Shown here one piece after another: positions 14,772-15,029 of a DNA stretch of 15,029 bases. Numbering within the stretch: position 1 is the first letter of the stretch; every line of letters begins with the position of its first letter. The DNA comes from a virus. Taxonomy: Duplodnaviria > Heunggongvirae > Uroviricota > Caudoviricetes. The stretch spans positions 1 through 15,029 of IMG/VR virus record IMGVR_UViG_2565956714_000007; one strand, 5' to 3'. A program made the position numbers and the translations under genes. The notes below the pieces were generated by a model. It had not been told where the DNA came from. It did not search any database and saw only the letters and a list, made by a program, of their open reading frames with translations.

Positions 14772-14784
14772 TGGCGGTTTTTTA
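14764..14784 (+). terminator. Rho-independent terminator upstream of xis
   Basis: CCGCC/GGCGG stem with loop TGAT, followed by TTTTTTATT. Confidence 0.7.
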
Positions 14785-14828
14785 TTGCCTGATTTGCAGG
14801 TTCGATTCCCTATTCGGAGATAGCACTC

Positions 14829-15029
14829 ATGCAACACGAACTACAACCTGATTCACTGGTTGATTTGAAATTCATCATGGCTGATACTGGCTTCGGTAAA
14901 ACCTTCATCTACGACCGGATTAAGTCCGGCGACCTGCCAAAAGCCAAAGTTATCCACGGGCGAGCAAGATGGTTATATCGTGACCATTGTGAATTCAAAA
15001 ATAAGCTCTTAAGCCGCGCCAATGGGTAA
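14829..15029 (+). CDS. xis: Excisionase-type small DNA-binding protein (66 aa); integrase expected just beyond the window
   Basis: Small basic protein with a winged-helix-like segment (FIMADTGFGKTFIYDRIKSGDLPKAKVIHGRARW). Sits at the end of the leftward operon where xis precedes int. RBS GGAGA upstream. Stop at the window edge. Confidence 0.65.
   Translation: MQHELQPDSLVDLKFIMADTGFGKTFIYDRIKSGDLPKAKVIHGRARWLYRDHCEFKNKLLSRANG

Noticed and set aside
14785-14797. TTGC...TTGC pair upstream of xis considered as a CII-dependent pI promoter
   Set aside because: The spacing between the two TTGC boxes is 5 bp, not the 6 bp of a CII site, and it lies upstream of xis rather than inside it.
13985-14837. 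Minus-strand track ORFs 13985..14254, 14151..14459, 14291..14533 and 14589..14837
   Set aside because: Antisense to the 266-aa TGT-like gene and the small downstream ORF; plus-strand genes have RBSs and terminators in the right places.
1-15029. Search for tRNA, rRNA, IS elements or transposase genes
   Set aside because: No cloverleaf-like conserved tRNA features, no terminal inverted repeats and no transposase-like ORFs were seen; gene order is that of an intact lambdoid early region.

Overview
This window reads as the early/immunity region of a lambdoid (lambda-like) prophage, most likely from an enterobacterial host, drawn inverted relative to the usual lambda map. The minus strand carries the rightward early operon: cro, nutR, cII, an inserted GIY-YIG-like gene, an O-like initiator with internal ori iterons, a DnaC-like loader, ren, a two-gene insert, ninB/E/F/G, a lambda-type Ser/Thr phosphatase and a Q antiterminator. 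The plus strand carries cI with a co-transcribed small membrane protein, a terminator, OL/PL, nutL and N, then small accessory ORFs, cIII, a kil-position ORF, a recombination module (Rad52-like annealing protein, SSB, HNH protein, DEDDh exonuclease), three terminator-bounded accessory genes and an excisionase. The integrase presumably lies beyond the right edge. The region is mosaic: the pL transcript start, nutL, N and nutR look essentially lambda-like from memory, while the operators (TACCT-NN-AGGTA) indicate a different immunity specificity. The strongest candidate for something new is a standalone gene at 13746..14546 whose motifs line up, in order, with the catalytic motifs of tRNA-guanine transglycosylase (TGT/DpdA-type), suggesting a DNA 7-deazaguanine modification enzyme. 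Other candidates are the GIY-YIG/T5orf172-like gene wedged between cII and O, and small membrane proteins in the rex/sieB-equivalent positions. All calls come from reading the sequence and the supplied ORF track, with family assignments from recalled motifs; no database search was run.
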